Shown: positions 50,109-59,739 of the stretch, piece by piece | Layout of the letters: each line of letters opens with the position of its first letter | Numbering within the stretch: position 1 is the stretch's first letter | DNA from: Alphaproteobacteria bacterium | GTDB lineage: Bacteria > Pseudomonadota > Alphaproteobacteria > G965222575 | Length of the DNA: 64,000 nt | Direction of reading: 5' to 3' | NCBI GenBank assembly: GCA_965222575.1 | Contig: OZ244958.1 | Coordinates: 512,001 to 576,000, forward strand | The notes under the pieces: generated by a model | Told to the model about the DNA's origin: nothing | What the model saw: only the letters and a program-made list of their open reading frames with translations | Database searches by the model: none | Translations under genes and position numbers: made by a program

Positions 50109-51125
50109 ATGACCATAGCACTTGGAATTGAAACTAGCTGTGATGATACGGCTGTGAGTCTCGTTCAACAGGAAGGGCGGCGCCTGTTAGCGAACTGTGT
50201 TGTGTCCACTCCTTCCTCTCATGAGACTTGGGGGGGTATTGTTCCGGAGCTTGCGGCACGTGACCATGTGGATTCCATAGATAGTGTTTTGAAGCAAGCC
50301 CTCAAAGAGGCTAATTTTTCTTTGGACAATATTGATATTATTGCGGCGACACAGGGCCCCGGGCTTGCGGGCAGTTTGTTGGTAGGCTTCTTATTTGCGA
50401 AAACTCTTGCCTTTTGCCTCAAGAAACCCTTCTTCGGTATCAATCATTTAGAAGGCCATGCCCTTTCGCCAAGATTGCTTCAACGCATTGATTTTCCCTA
50501 TCTCTTACTTCTTGTCTCGGGAGGGCACAGCCAGATTATACAGGTCAATGCTGTAGGGGATTATCTTTTGCATGGCACAACAGTGGATGATGCGGCAGGA
50601 GAGGCTTTTGATAAAGCGGCGCGGTGTCTTTCTTTACCGTTTCCGGGGGGCCCTGCCATAGAAAAAATAGCCCGCTATGGCCATGCTAAGCGCTTTGCTT
50701 TTCCCCGCCCCTTTCACGGGGAATCCCATTGTCATTTTTCCTTCGCTGGCTTGAAAACCGCTATGAAAAGACAATGCGATGCCTTAGGAACTTTGACCCC
50801 GCAGCAAACAAGAGACCTAGCTGCTAGCTTCCAAGCTGCTATGGTTGATTCCATAGTCCATAGAGTCAACAGAGCTTTTGACCTCCTGAAAACGCCTGTC
50901 AAGTCTTTTGTCATGGCCGGGGGCGTTGCAGCTAATCAGCGCTTAAGACAGACCTTAAAACGTGTTTGCGCACAACGGCGTTTGCGCTTTATCGCTCCTC
51001 CTGCTTGGCTTTGTACGGATAATGCTGCTATGATTGCTTGGACGGCGCTGGAAAAACTTCCCAACAATTCTCCTGCCCCATTAAATGCCTCTATTTATCC
51101 TAGGTGGCCGTTACAAACTCTTTGA
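50109..51125 (+). CDS. tsaD: tRNA t6A threonylcarbamoyltransferase TsaD
   Basis: LGIETSCDDT, GGIVPELAARDH, HLEGH, VSGGHS, DDAAGEAFDK, CTDNAAMI. Confidence 0.97.
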   Translation: MTIALGIETSCDDTAVSLVQQEGRRLLANCVVSTPSSHETWGGIVPELAARDHVDSIDSVLKQALKEANFSLDNIDIIAATQGPGLAGSLLVGFLFAKTLAFCLKKPFFGINHLEGHALSPRLLQRIDFPYLLLLVSGGHSQIIQVNAVGDYLLHGTTVDDAAGEAFDKAARCLSLPFPGGPAIEKIARYGHAKRFAFPRPFHGESHCHFSFAGLKTAMKRQCDALGTLTPQQTRDLAASFQAAMVDSIVHRVNRAFDLLKTPVKSFVMAGGVAANQRLRQTLKRVCAQRRLRFIAPPAWLCTDNAAMIAWTALEKLPNNSPAPLNASIYPRWPLQTL

Positions 51126-52669
51126 GGTCTATGTCTCAACTCTCTCTCAGAAGGGGCGTTTTTTCCGTTAGCTTGCTGACCTTTTTAAGTCGCCTGTTGG
51201 GACTGTTAAGGGATATTATCATTGCCACCTCTCTAGGGGCAGGATGGGCTTCTGATGCCTTGTTTGTGGCACTCAGACTCCCTAACATGTTTCGAGCTTT
51301 CTCGGCAGAAGGCGCTTTCTCTATGGCGTTTATTCCTGTTTATACAAGCCTACCCCCCCTCGCTGCCCAACGCTTCGCTATGATGATTCTCACCGCACTC
51401 CTGCCAATCCTTCTCCTCTTCCTTCTCGTCACAGAACTGCTCATGACACCTCTCATCACACACCTCATCGCACCGGGCTTCCAAGGAGAAACCCTCAACT
51501 TAGCCATTCACCTCTCCAGAATTACCATGCCATACCTCGTGTTCATTACCCTATGTACCTTCTGGATTACCCTCTTAAATGCCCACACTCACTTCGCTAC
51601 CAGTACCATCCCGCAACCGCTTTATAATGCCGCTATCTTGCTCTTTTTCTTTGTAAGTAGTAGCTTTTTTGTCTCTCCCGCCGTCACCATCGCTTATGCC
51701 GTCTTCTTCGCAGGGAGTATACAACTCCTCTTTATTCTATGGGCTGCCCGAAAACACGGCTTAAATATCCCTTCCCTCAAAACCCCCTCCCTCACCCCCC
51801 CTATGAGACGCTTCTTGCGATTCTTCAGGCGCTCTCTCATTGCAAGCGGTATCTTCCAATTTTATCTCCTTGTGGATATGATTTTCGCTTCTTTCATGGC
51901 GGCCGGTAGCCTTTCCTACCTCTTCTATGCCGAACGCTTAAGCCAACTCCCCATAGGCCTTATCGGCGCCGCTTTAAGCGTTGTAAGCTTGCCCCTCTTA
52001 TCAAAAACCTTTGCCCAATCACAGCACAAAGGCTTTGCACTCTTCAATAAAGCCCTACACCTAGCCCTCTTTTTGTCCCTACCCGCCGCCTTAGGACTCG
52101 GTCTCACCGCTGAGATGATTATCCGTAGCCTCTTTGCCTACAAAGCTTTTACTCTGCAAGCCACCACGCAAGTCACACTCATCTTGCAACTCTACTGCCT
52201 TGGCGTTCCCGGTATCATCCTCTATCGCTTGCTAGGTGCTACTTTCTCCGCACGCCGCTCCTTCAGAAAACCTATCCTCGCCGTTGCCCTTGGCACTTTG
52301 GCGAAAATCCTCCTAAGCCTCCTATGGTACCCTTATGCCCATTTAGGTCTTGCTACAGCTACTTCTGTCTCTATGTGGATTATGGCTATTGTTCTCATGG
52401 GGTTGCTCTGGAGAGAGGGATGGAGACCGGAAACAGGGGCGCTTCTCAAAGCCGTCAAATTTTTAAGTGCCCTTGTAAGTGTCGCTCTTATTGCTTGGGG
52501 CGGAAACCTTTGGGGACAAACCATTCAGTCTAGCGTCTTTCTCTTCTTACTGATGATAGGCGTTATCCTCTTGTCTATTTTTCTCTTTTTTCTCCTGTGT
52601 TTTCGCACGCAACTCCTGAAAAAACAAGACCTTCAAGAACTTTTTCTCCCCCCTTCCGCTTCACAGTGA
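51104..52669 (+). CDS. murJ: Lipid II flippase MurJ
   Basis: SRLLGLLRD, RLPNMFR..AEGAF..AFIP, YAERL.QLP; start may be 51131. Confidence 0.94.
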   Translation: MAVTNSLRSMSQLSLRRGVFSVSLLTFLSRLLGLLRDIIIATSLGAGWASDALFVALRLPNMFRAFSAEGAFSMAFIPVYTSLPPLAAQRFAMMILTALLPILLLFLLVTELLMTPLITHLIAPGFQGETLNLAIHLSRITMPYLVFITLCTFWITLLNAHTHFATSTIPQPLYNAAILLFFFVSSSFFVSPAVTIAYAVFFAGSIQLLFILWAARKHGLNIPSLKTPSLTPPMRRFLRFFRRSLIASGIFQFYLLVDMIFASFMAAGSLSYLFYAERLSQLPIGLIGAALSVVSLPLLSKTFAQSQHKGFALFNKALHLALFLSLPAALGLGLTAEMIIRSLFAYKAFTLQATTQVTLILQLYCLGVPGIILYRLLGATFSARRSFRKPILAVALGTLAKILLSLLWYPYAHLGLATATSVSMWIMAIVLMGLLWREGWRPETGALLKAVKFLSALVSVALIAWGGNLWGQTIQSSVFLFLLMIGVILLSIFLFFLLCFRTQLLKKQDLQELFLPPSASQ

Positions 52670-53472
52670 AGGGCAGGCGTTGTTTTCTGCTGTAAGGGGG
52701 CTGTGTGGTGAAGAGGCCCTCTGCCTTTGCCAATGCCGGGGGCTGAGGCAATGGCTTGGTGTACATACTCTAGGGCTTTTCGCGTCGCTTCTTCATAGGA
52801 TGCCCCATAGGCTAAATAGGTCGCAAGAGCAGCGGATAAGGTACACCCTGTTCCATGTGTATGAGGGGTGTAAAGGCGGCGGTTTCTAAAGACTGTCATG
52901 CCTGTATCGGTGAGCAAGATATCTACCACCTGTTTTTCCTTTCCGTGCCCGCCTTTCATCAACACATTTTGTACCCCTAGTTCTTTGAGGGCTTCCGCCG
53001 CCTTCATCATGTCTTGTTCGTTTTCAATGGAAAGACCTGTTAGCACAGAGGCTTCCGGTATATTCGGCGTCAAGAGCGTGCCATGAGGTATCACCGATTT
53101 CTTTAGCGCCGCTACCGCTACTGTCTTTAGCAAACACTCTCCAGACTTAGACACCATCACCGGGTCAATCACAACAGGGCAGCGTAATGACTGACAAAAC
53201 ACGCCCACAGCCCGCGCTATCACTGGGCGGTGTAACATGCCAATTTTCACACTATCAATTCCTATGTCCTCTTGAATAGCAGAAAGTTGAGCGTTCACAA
53301 ACCACGCAGGTACCTCTAGGACATTGTAGACTCCTTGCGTGTTTTGCGCAGTTAAAGCACTCACCACACTCATGCCATACCCTCCAAGCACCGTGATGGT
53401 CTTAAGGTCAGCCTGTATCCCAGCACCGCCACTACAATCAGACCCGGCAATGCTCAATACCCGCTTTAACAC
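52633..53472 (-). CDS. thiD: Hydroxymethylpyrimidine/phosphomethylpyrimidine kinase
   Basis: IAGSDCSGGAGIQADLK, DPVM, TPNIPEA, KGGH, HGTGCTLS. Confidence 0.96.
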   Translation of the reverse strand: MLKRVLSIAGSDCSGGAGIQADLKTITVLGGYGMSVVSALTAQNTQGVYNVLEVPAWFVNAQLSAIQEDIGIDSVKIGMLHRPVIARAVGVFCQSLRCPVVIDPVMVSKSGECLLKTVAVAALKKSVIPHGTLLTPNIPEASVLTGLSIENEQDMMKAAEALKELGVQNVLMKGGHGKEKQVVDILLTDTGMTVFRNRRLYTPHTHGTGCTLSAALATYLAYGASYEEATRKALEYVHQAIASAPGIGKGRGPLHHTAPLQQKTTPALHCEAEGGRKSS

Positions 53473-54830
53473 GCTCTCTCCTCAAGGCGCTTTCTCACCT
53501 CTTCCAGTACGCTTTGTACCAAAGAGGCCGTCTCCCCTTGCGCACTAATGCGTATCACAGGCTCTGTCCCAGACAGCCTGATGAATAACTCGCCGCCATC
53601 TGCTTCTAATTGTGCACGCTTTGCACTTATCATGTCAAAAAGTGCCCCTTTCTTCAGAAATCTTGCCTCTTTTTCCCCTTTTAACGGAACAGATACACAC
53701 CCTTGAGGCAACAACGGAAACAAATTAAACCCTTGACTGCTCTTCTTGATTCCTAGCCTTATCAAACTCATCATCACAGCAATCGCTGTTTTTAAGCCGT
53801 CTCCTGTGGAGTCAGTATGACCTAGTAAAATATGACCGCTCGCTTCTCCTCCTAGAGGGTATCCCTTCTCTTTCATACTGCTCATCACATGTCTATCCCC
53901 AGTGGGGCATAACACAACCTCTATGCCTTCTTTCTCCAAGTATCGTAAAAGCCCCTTGTTCACCCCTTGCGTGAGAACAATGCCTTGTAAGCCTTGATGC
54001 TTTAGAGCATCTTTCGCTAGTAACCCTAATACTTTCTCTCCCGGTACCTCTTGACCTTTTTCATCGCAAAACATTGCCCTGTCTCCATCTCCGTCTAAGG
54101 CTATGCCTATGGAGGCTTTATGCTTGCGGACTTCTTGAGACAATTTCTTCCTGTCCATAGACCCATACCCAAGATTAATGTTCTTGCCATTAGGATTACA
54201 GCCTATGGTGATAACATCGGCTCCAAGCTCCCAAAATAAATCCCCGCCTACGCGATACGCTGCCCCATTAGCACAGTCTAAGACAACCTTTTGACCCCTA
54301 AGCCCTGCTTCTTTCGGGACTTCCGCCTTCAAGAATTCTATGTACCGTCCTTTAGCATCCCCTAAGCGCTTCACTTTGCCTGTCCTCTCAGGCGATACCA
54401 CCACTTGCTTGCGGGAGGAGTAAATCTCTTCCATTAAATCCGCTAACTGATTTTGAGCGGACACATCAAGCTTCCTTCCCTCTTTGTTAAAAATCTTCAC
54501 GCCATTGTCCCAATGAGGATTATGAGAGGCAGAAATCATAACCCCTAGATTCGCCCGTAAACTCCTTGTGAGCATAGAAAGAGCAGGCGTTGGGATAGGA
54601 CCTAACAACAACACTTCCATGCCAACGGAGACAAAACCGGATACCAGTGCATTCTCAAGCATATAACTCGATAACCTTGTGTCCTTCCCAATGAGGATGC
54701 GGCCGGAAGAGCCTTCCCTAAAAAGGTGGCCGCTAGCCTGTGCAAGGGCAACCATCACATGTGCCTGTATAGGCCAGCAATTCACCCGCCCCCTCATCCC
54801 ATCTGTGCCAAATAGAGTTCTAAACGTCAT
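53466..54830 (-). CDS. glmM: Phosphoglucosamine mutase
   Basis: LFGTDGMRG, GKDTRLS, ISASHNP, DGDGDR, GGEASGH, RLSGTEP. Confidence 0.96.
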   Translation of the reverse strand: MTFRTLFGTDGMRGRVNCWPIQAHVMVALAQASGHLFREGSSGRILIGKDTRLSSYMLENALVSGFVSVGMEVLLLGPIPTPALSMLTRSLRANLGVMISASHNPHWDNGVKIFNKEGRKLDVSAQNQLADLMEEIYSSRKQVVVSPERTGKVKRLGDAKGRYIEFLKAEVPKEAGLRGQKVVLDCANGAAYRVGGDLFWELGADVITIGCNPNGKNINLGYGSMDRKKLSQEVRKHKASIGIALDGDGDRAMFCDEKGQEVPGEKVLGLLAKDALKHQGLQGIVLTQGVNKGLLRYLEKEGIEVVLCPTGDRHVMSSMKEKGYPLGGEASGHILLGHTDSTGDGLKTAIAVMMSLIRLGIKKSSQGFNLFPLLPQGCVSVPLKGEKEARFLKKGALFDMISAKRAQLEADGGELFIRLSGTEPVIRISAQGETASLVQSVLEEVRKRLEERAC

Positions 54831-55647
54831 GCCTTAAAAACGAGAGGAGTTGTAGCATTTGCTTTGTTTCCTTTATATCATGAACGCGGAGAATCTGTAC
54901 CCCCTGTAAAACGCCCCACGCCCCACACACAATAGACCCAATTAATCGGCTGCTTGGAGAAGCCGCACCGGTACAGACTTTCCCAATGAAGGACTTGCGT
55001 GAGACGCCTAGCACAACACCTGCTCCTAAGCCTTGAAAAGAGGATAAAGACTGTAACAGCAACCCATTGTGAGCCGTCTTCTTCCCAAATCCAATACCCG
55101 GGTCTACAAAAATCTTCTCCTTCAGTATACCACACTTCATTAGTCTTGCACATCTGTTAGATAACCACTGCCTCACTTCTTCCACAACATTCTCATACAC
55201 AGGACACGCCTGCATGGTCTTTGGGAGTCCCTGACAATGCATCACCACAGCATAACAGTCTTTATAGGCTCTCATCACCTCTAAAGATTTCTCATCTGCA
55301 CAGAAACCGCTGGTATCATTTATCATCTTGGCACCCTCCTCTAAGGCTAGCTGCATCACGGAGGCCTTGCGTGTATCAACGGATATCACCACCTCCTCCC
55401 CAAAAGCCTTGCGCACTGCCCGCAACACTGGCAAAAGACGCCGCTTTTCCTCTTGTGCTTCCACAGGCTCACTGCCAGGACGGGTGGACTCCCCGCCAAT
55501 ATCAAGAATGTTTGCTCCTGCTTCTACCATAGAGTGAGCGTGACGAAGAGCACGAGCAGGGGTGTTGTAAAGACCACCATCGGAAAAACTATCAGGCGTC
55601 ACATTCAAAACCCCCATAATTAACGGCTTTTTCTTGGGAAGGGTCAT
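54820..55647 (-). CDS. folP: Dihydropteroate synthase (in-frame alternative start at 55725 inside the array)
   Basis: MGVLNVTPDSFSDGG, DIGGESTRPG, DPGIGFGK, SRKSF, RVHD. Confidence 0.96.
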   Translation of the reverse strand: MTLPKKKPLIMGVLNVTPDSFSDGGLYNTPARALRHAHSMVEAGANILDIGGESTRPGSEPVEAQEEKRRLLPVLRAVRKAFGEEVVISVDTRKASVMQLALEEGAKMINDTSGFCADEKSLEVMRAYKDCYAVVMHCQGLPKTMQACPVYENVVEEVRQWLSNRCARLMKCGILKEKIFVDPGIGFGKKTAHNGLLLQSLSSFQGLGAGVVLGVSRKSFIGKVCTGAASPSSRLIGSIVCGAWGVLQGVQILRVHDIKETKQMLQLLSFLRHDV

Positions 55648-56353
55648 GTTCTCTGAGTGTGAGAGAGGGAGAGGGGTGGGGGAGGAAGAAAGGAGAGGTT
55701 CGGCTTTTTCTTTAGGAAAGTTCATGTTCTCTGAGTGTGAGAGAGGAGAGAGGTGTGGGGGAGGAAGAAAGGAGAGGTTTGGCTTTTTCTTTAGGAAAGT
55801 TCATGTTCTCTGAGTGTGAGAGAAGGAGAGAGTGTGTGGGGGAGGAAGAAAGGAGAGGTTTGGCTTTTTCTTTGGGAAGGGTCATGTTCTCTGAGTGTGT
55901 GAGAGAAGGAGAGAGAGGTTTGGCTTTTTCTTGGGAAAGAAGGGATGAGGTTTGGCTTTTTCTTTAGGAAGGGTCATGTTCTCTGAGTGTGAGAGAAGGA
56001 GAGAGTGTGTGGGGGAGGAAGAAAGGAGAGGTTTGGCTTTTTCTTTAGGAAAGTTCATGTTCTCTGAGTGTGAGAGAAGGAGAGAGTGTGTGGGGGAGGA
56101 AGAAAGGAGAGGTTTGGCTTTTTCTTTAGGAAGGGTCATGTTCTCTGAGTGTGAGAGAAGGAGAGAGTGTGTGGGGGAGGAAGAAAGGAGAGGTTTGGCT
56201 TTTTCTTTAGGAAGGTTCATGTTCTCTGAGTGTGAGAGAGGAGAGAGGGGTGGGGGAGGAAGAAAGGAGAGGTTTGGCTTTTTCTTTAGGAAGGGTCATG
56301 TTCTCTGAGTGTGAGAGAAGGAGAGAGTGTGTGGGGGAGGAAGAAAGGAGAGG
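55624..56353. repeat. Tandem array D: 9 copies of about 81 bp, each carrying the folP start region
   Basis: Minus-strand GAGAAC-ATG with ATG at 55647, 55725, 55804, 55885, 55977, 56058, 56139, 56220, 56299. Confidence 0.97.
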
Positions 56354-56383
56354 GTAGCAACGGGTGGGGGGATGCGGAGGCTA

Positions 56384-58285
56384 CTAGGCGGGTTTCGGCA
56401 CAAGTTTTTTTGTTGAGGGGATGAGGGAAAAGGGGGTTTTTTTTCTTGCTGGCTTTTTGCTAGGAGTGTATTTTTTCAAGGGTTGTCCTTTGAGGATTTT
56501 TTGAATCTCTTTTCCTGTGAGGGTTTCGTGTTCTAATAGAGCCTTTGCTAGGGCGTGGAGGGAGTTGATATCTTTTTTAATGATGGTGCGGGCTTTTTCC
56601 GTCGCCATGTTAATCAGTTTTTTGACTTCCTTGTCCACGATTTTGGCTGTGTTATCGGACATATTTTTTACTTTTGCTACAGAGTGGCCTAAGAAAATTT
56701 CTTCTGAGTCTTCGCTGTAACGGATGGGGCCTAATTCGTCGGACATACCCCATTCTGTTACCATTTTTCTTGCGAGACTGGTTGCCATTTTGATATCGTT
56801 AGAAGCGCCTGTTGTGACGGATTCGCAGCCAAAGACTTCCTCTTCTGCTATACGTCCTGCCATAGCAACAATGAGATTTGCTTTCAGTTGCTTTCGTTTC
56901 ATAGACAAGTGATCTTTTTCTGGCAACTGCATGACAAGCCCCAGAGCGCGTCCGCGCGGAATAATCGTCGCCTTGTGAATAGGGTCAGCTGCTGGAAGCT
57001 GTGTTGCTACCAGTGCATGACCTCCTTCGTGATAGGCTGTGAGTTTCTTCTCTTCCTCTGTCATAATCAACGACCGTCTTTGGGCCCCCATCATCACTTT
57101 GTCCTTGGCCTCTTCTAACTGCTCCATGAACACCATGCTTTTGTTCTTGCGCGCCGCTAATAAGGCTGCTTCGTTGACTAAGTTGGCTAAATCTGCTCCA
57201 CTGAACCCCGGCGTGCCACGGGCTATGTCTATAATGGAATTCTCAACCTCATCGGCTGTTTTAACGTCTCTTAAATGCACGCGTAAAATTGCCTCACGAC
57301 CCTTGATGTCCGGCGTCGGTACCACAATTTGGCGGTCAAATCGACCGGGACGTAATAAGGCAGGGTCTAGGACATCAGGGCGATTTGTTGCTGCTATCAA
57401 CACAATGGAGGTCTGCGTCGTAAACCCATCCATCTCAACCAATAACTGATTGAGCGTTTGCTCCCGTTCGTCATTGCCACCCCCAAGTCCCGCCCCACGA
57501 TGCCGCCCCACCGCATCAATTTCATCAATAAAAATAATACAAGGGGCACTCTTCTTCCCTTGCTCAAACATATCCCGCACGCGACTCGCTCCAACCCCTA
57601 CAAACATCTCTACAAAATCTGAGCCAGAGATAGAAAAAAACGCAACACTAGCCTCTCCCGCCACCGCACGGGCAAGCAATGTCTTCCCCGTACCGGGCAG
57701 ACCAACCAATAAACACCCCTTGGGTATCTTGCCTCCTAAACGACGAAACTTATGCGGATTCTTCAAAAACTCCACAATCTCATAAAGTTCTTCCTTGGCT
57801 TCCTCAATCCCAGCGACATCCTTAAAGGTCACCTTCTTCTTCCCTTGCGTCATTAACCGCGCCTTAGAACGACCAAATCCAAACGCTTTACCCCCACCCT
57901 TATTCATCTGACGCAAAAACAATAACGACATCCCTATCAGCAACAACATCGGTAACCAAGAGAGAAAAATACTCAAAAAAGAAATCCCCATCCCTCTTTC
58001 CTTCACTGATATCATCACCCCTTGCCCTCTTAAAGATGTCACCAAATTCGGGTCAAATAACGCTGTCGTCTTAAATACACGTCCATCCTTCGTATTCCCT
58101 TCTATTTTATTCCCTTCTATATACACCTCTTTGACATAATTCCCCTCAACAGCATCTAAAAAATCACTGTAAACCCACTGCTCACGACGAAAAAAATCTC
58201 CTCCATCCGATAGCATATTCATCCCTATGACCGTCAATAAAATCCCAATCACTATTAACGGAAAAAGAGGCTTCTTGGTTTTCAT
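56384..58285 (-). CDS. ftsH: ATP-dependent zinc metalloprotease FtsH
   Basis: 2 TM helices, [30 protein letters not shown]. Confidence 0.98.
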   Translation of the reverse strand: MKTKKPLFPLIVIGILLTVIGMNMLSDGGDFFRREQWVYSDFLDAVEGNYVKEVYIEGNKIEGNTKDGRVFKTTALFDPNLVTSLRGQGVMISVKERGMGISFLSIFLSWLPMLLLIGMSLLFLRQMNKGGGKAFGFGRSKARLMTQGKKKVTFKDVAGIEEAKEELYEIVEFLKNPHKFRRLGGKIPKGCLLVGLPGTGKTLLARAVAGEASVAFFSISGSDFVEMFVGVGASRVRDMFEQGKKSAPCIIFIDEIDAVGRHRGAGLGGGNDEREQTLNQLLVEMDGFTTQTSIVLIAATNRPDVLDPALLRPGRFDRQIVVPTPDIKGREAILRVHLRDVKTADEVENSIIDIARGTPGFSGADLANLVNEAALLAARKNKSMVFMEQLEEAKDKVMMGAQRRSLIMTEEEKKLTAYHEGGHALVATQLPAADPIHKATIIPRGRALGLVMQLPEKDHLSMKRKQLKANLIVAMAGRIAEEEVFGCESVTTGASNDIKMATSLARKMVTEWGMSDELGPIRYSEDSEEIFLGHSVAKVKNMSDNTAKIVDKEVKKLINMATEKARTIIKKDINSLHALAKALLEHETLTGKEIQKILKGQPLKKYTPSKKPARKKTPFSLIPSTKKLVPKPA

Positions 58286-58339
58286 CTCGTAATCCCTTGT
58301 CTGCTACACACTAAAGATATGTCCCGATTATACTCTATT

Positions 58340-59710
58340 TTAACCCTTGAACTCAAGCTTTTTCCCTCCTTTTGAAAAAATCTCCCAAGGAGCAGAAAAA
58401 GGCGCCCGCACCACAACACTTTGCCCATACCCTGAAAGACAGCAATAACGGCTATGAGGCATGACCACAGGATGCCGCTTGTCATTCACAAGGACAGGCA
58501 GAGGGGCTAATAGACGTTGTAATAGCCTATTTCCTATGGGTTGAGAAGAAAAAAATCGACTGACAATTTCCTCTCTTTGATGAGAACACCAAGACCCATG
58601 CGACGACAGAAGACTTGAAAAAGGCACAATCTTCCCAGAGAAAGCAACAGGGGCAATCAGACGCCACTCATAACGCTTATCAAACACAACCGTACAGCCA
58701 ACACCCCTAAGACAGACAACCTCCACCTCGCGTAAATTACGCCCCTCTCGTAGTACTATCAACTGCTCTTTCTCCACAACAAAAAGATAGGCCCCGAAAG
58801 ACCCAACAGACCCAGACCTCTTCTCATACCGCAACAGCCCCTTAGCAAGCCTTTCAAAAGGGGCTATCTCTCCGCTTGCGCACATCAGTTGCAACACCCG
58901 CCACCTAAGAGCCGGGGGCAACCGCTTAAAAGGGGCTAAAGCACAGGAAAATACCCACAAAGAATCAAAACAACCATGCCGTTTTAAGAACGCCTCTCCT
59001 TTTTGTAGGAGCACTTGGTGGTCTTCTTCTAACCGCCGCGCTACCGTTCCTAGACGGATAAACAACCGCTCCTGCACCGGTACTAGACTCTCAAGCGCTT
59101 CACGTAACCGCACGCGTTCATACTGTTTATCACTATTAGAAGGGTCTTCAACCCATGACAGACCTTCTTGTAACAACGTCTCTTTCAGACGATAAGGCAT
59201 ATACTTCAACAAAGGACGCACAATAGGAAATCTCCCTCTTAAGGTACACATCTTCATGCCTCCAAGCCCTCTTGTCCCACTAGCGTGCGCAAGACGTATC
59301 AGAAAAGTTTCTGCTTGATCTCCTAAATGATGCCCAATCCAAAGGGACTTCAACCCAAAATGGTGACAGGCCTTCATCATCACCTCATAACGCGCACAAC
59401 GCGCCCATTCCTGCACAGAAGACTTAGGCGGCGGCCAGTGAGCCGTCTCTTTCAACCCATAAACCTCGCTCTCCATGCCAAAGGACGCAAGGCGACTTTG
59501 TGTCTTGCGAGCCTCTTCCAAGGAAGAAGTGCGCAACCCATGGTCAACACATAAGCCTCTAACTTCTTTCCCTCTGTAACGGTGTAACAAAAACGCTAAA
59601 CAAAGACTGTCCGCACCGCCGGATACCCCAACACCACAAGGAAATAACTCCTCTGGTACCCCACAGCTCTCAACAACTGAAGCAAATTCTTCTAGGCTAA
59701 TAACAGACAA
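58340..59710 (-). CDS. tilS: tRNA(Ile)-lysidine synthase
   Basis: VSGGADS, VDHGLR, GHHLGDQAET, RPLL, EDPSN..RVRLR. Confidence 0.94.
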   Translation of the reverse strand: MSVISLEEFASVVESCGVPEELFPCGVGVSGGADSLCLAFLLHRYRGKEVRGLCVDHGLRTSSLEEARKTQSRLASFGMESEVYGLKETAHWPPPKSSVQEWARCARYEVMMKACHHFGLKSLWIGHHLGDQAETFLIRLAHASGTRGLGGMKMCTLRGRFPIVRPLLKYMPYRLKETLLQEGLSWVEDPSNSDKQYERVRLREALESLVPVQERLFIRLGTVARRLEEDHQVLLQKGEAFLKRHGCFDSLWVFSCALAPFKRLPPALRWRVLQLMCASGEIAPFERLAKGLLRYEKRSGSVGSFGAYLFVVEKEQLIVLREGRNLREVEVVCLRGVGCTVVFDKRYEWRLIAPVAFSGKIVPFSSLLSSHGSWCSHQREEIVSRFFSSQPIGNRLLQRLLAPLPVLVNDKRHPVVMPHSRYCCLSGYGQSVVVRAPFSAPWEIFSKGGKKLEFKG

Positions 59711-59739
59711 CTTCCCTATAACAGCGACTCCACGCTAAC

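Noticed and set aside
49089-50168. ORFs inside array C (also 28518-28960 in B and the + strand ORFs in D)
   Set aside because: Translations of repeat DNA in several frames on both strands, with no independent coding evidence
24211-56353. Arrays A-D as CRISPR arrays
   Set aside because: Whole units repeat with no unique spacers, each array has a different unit, and no cas genes are in the window
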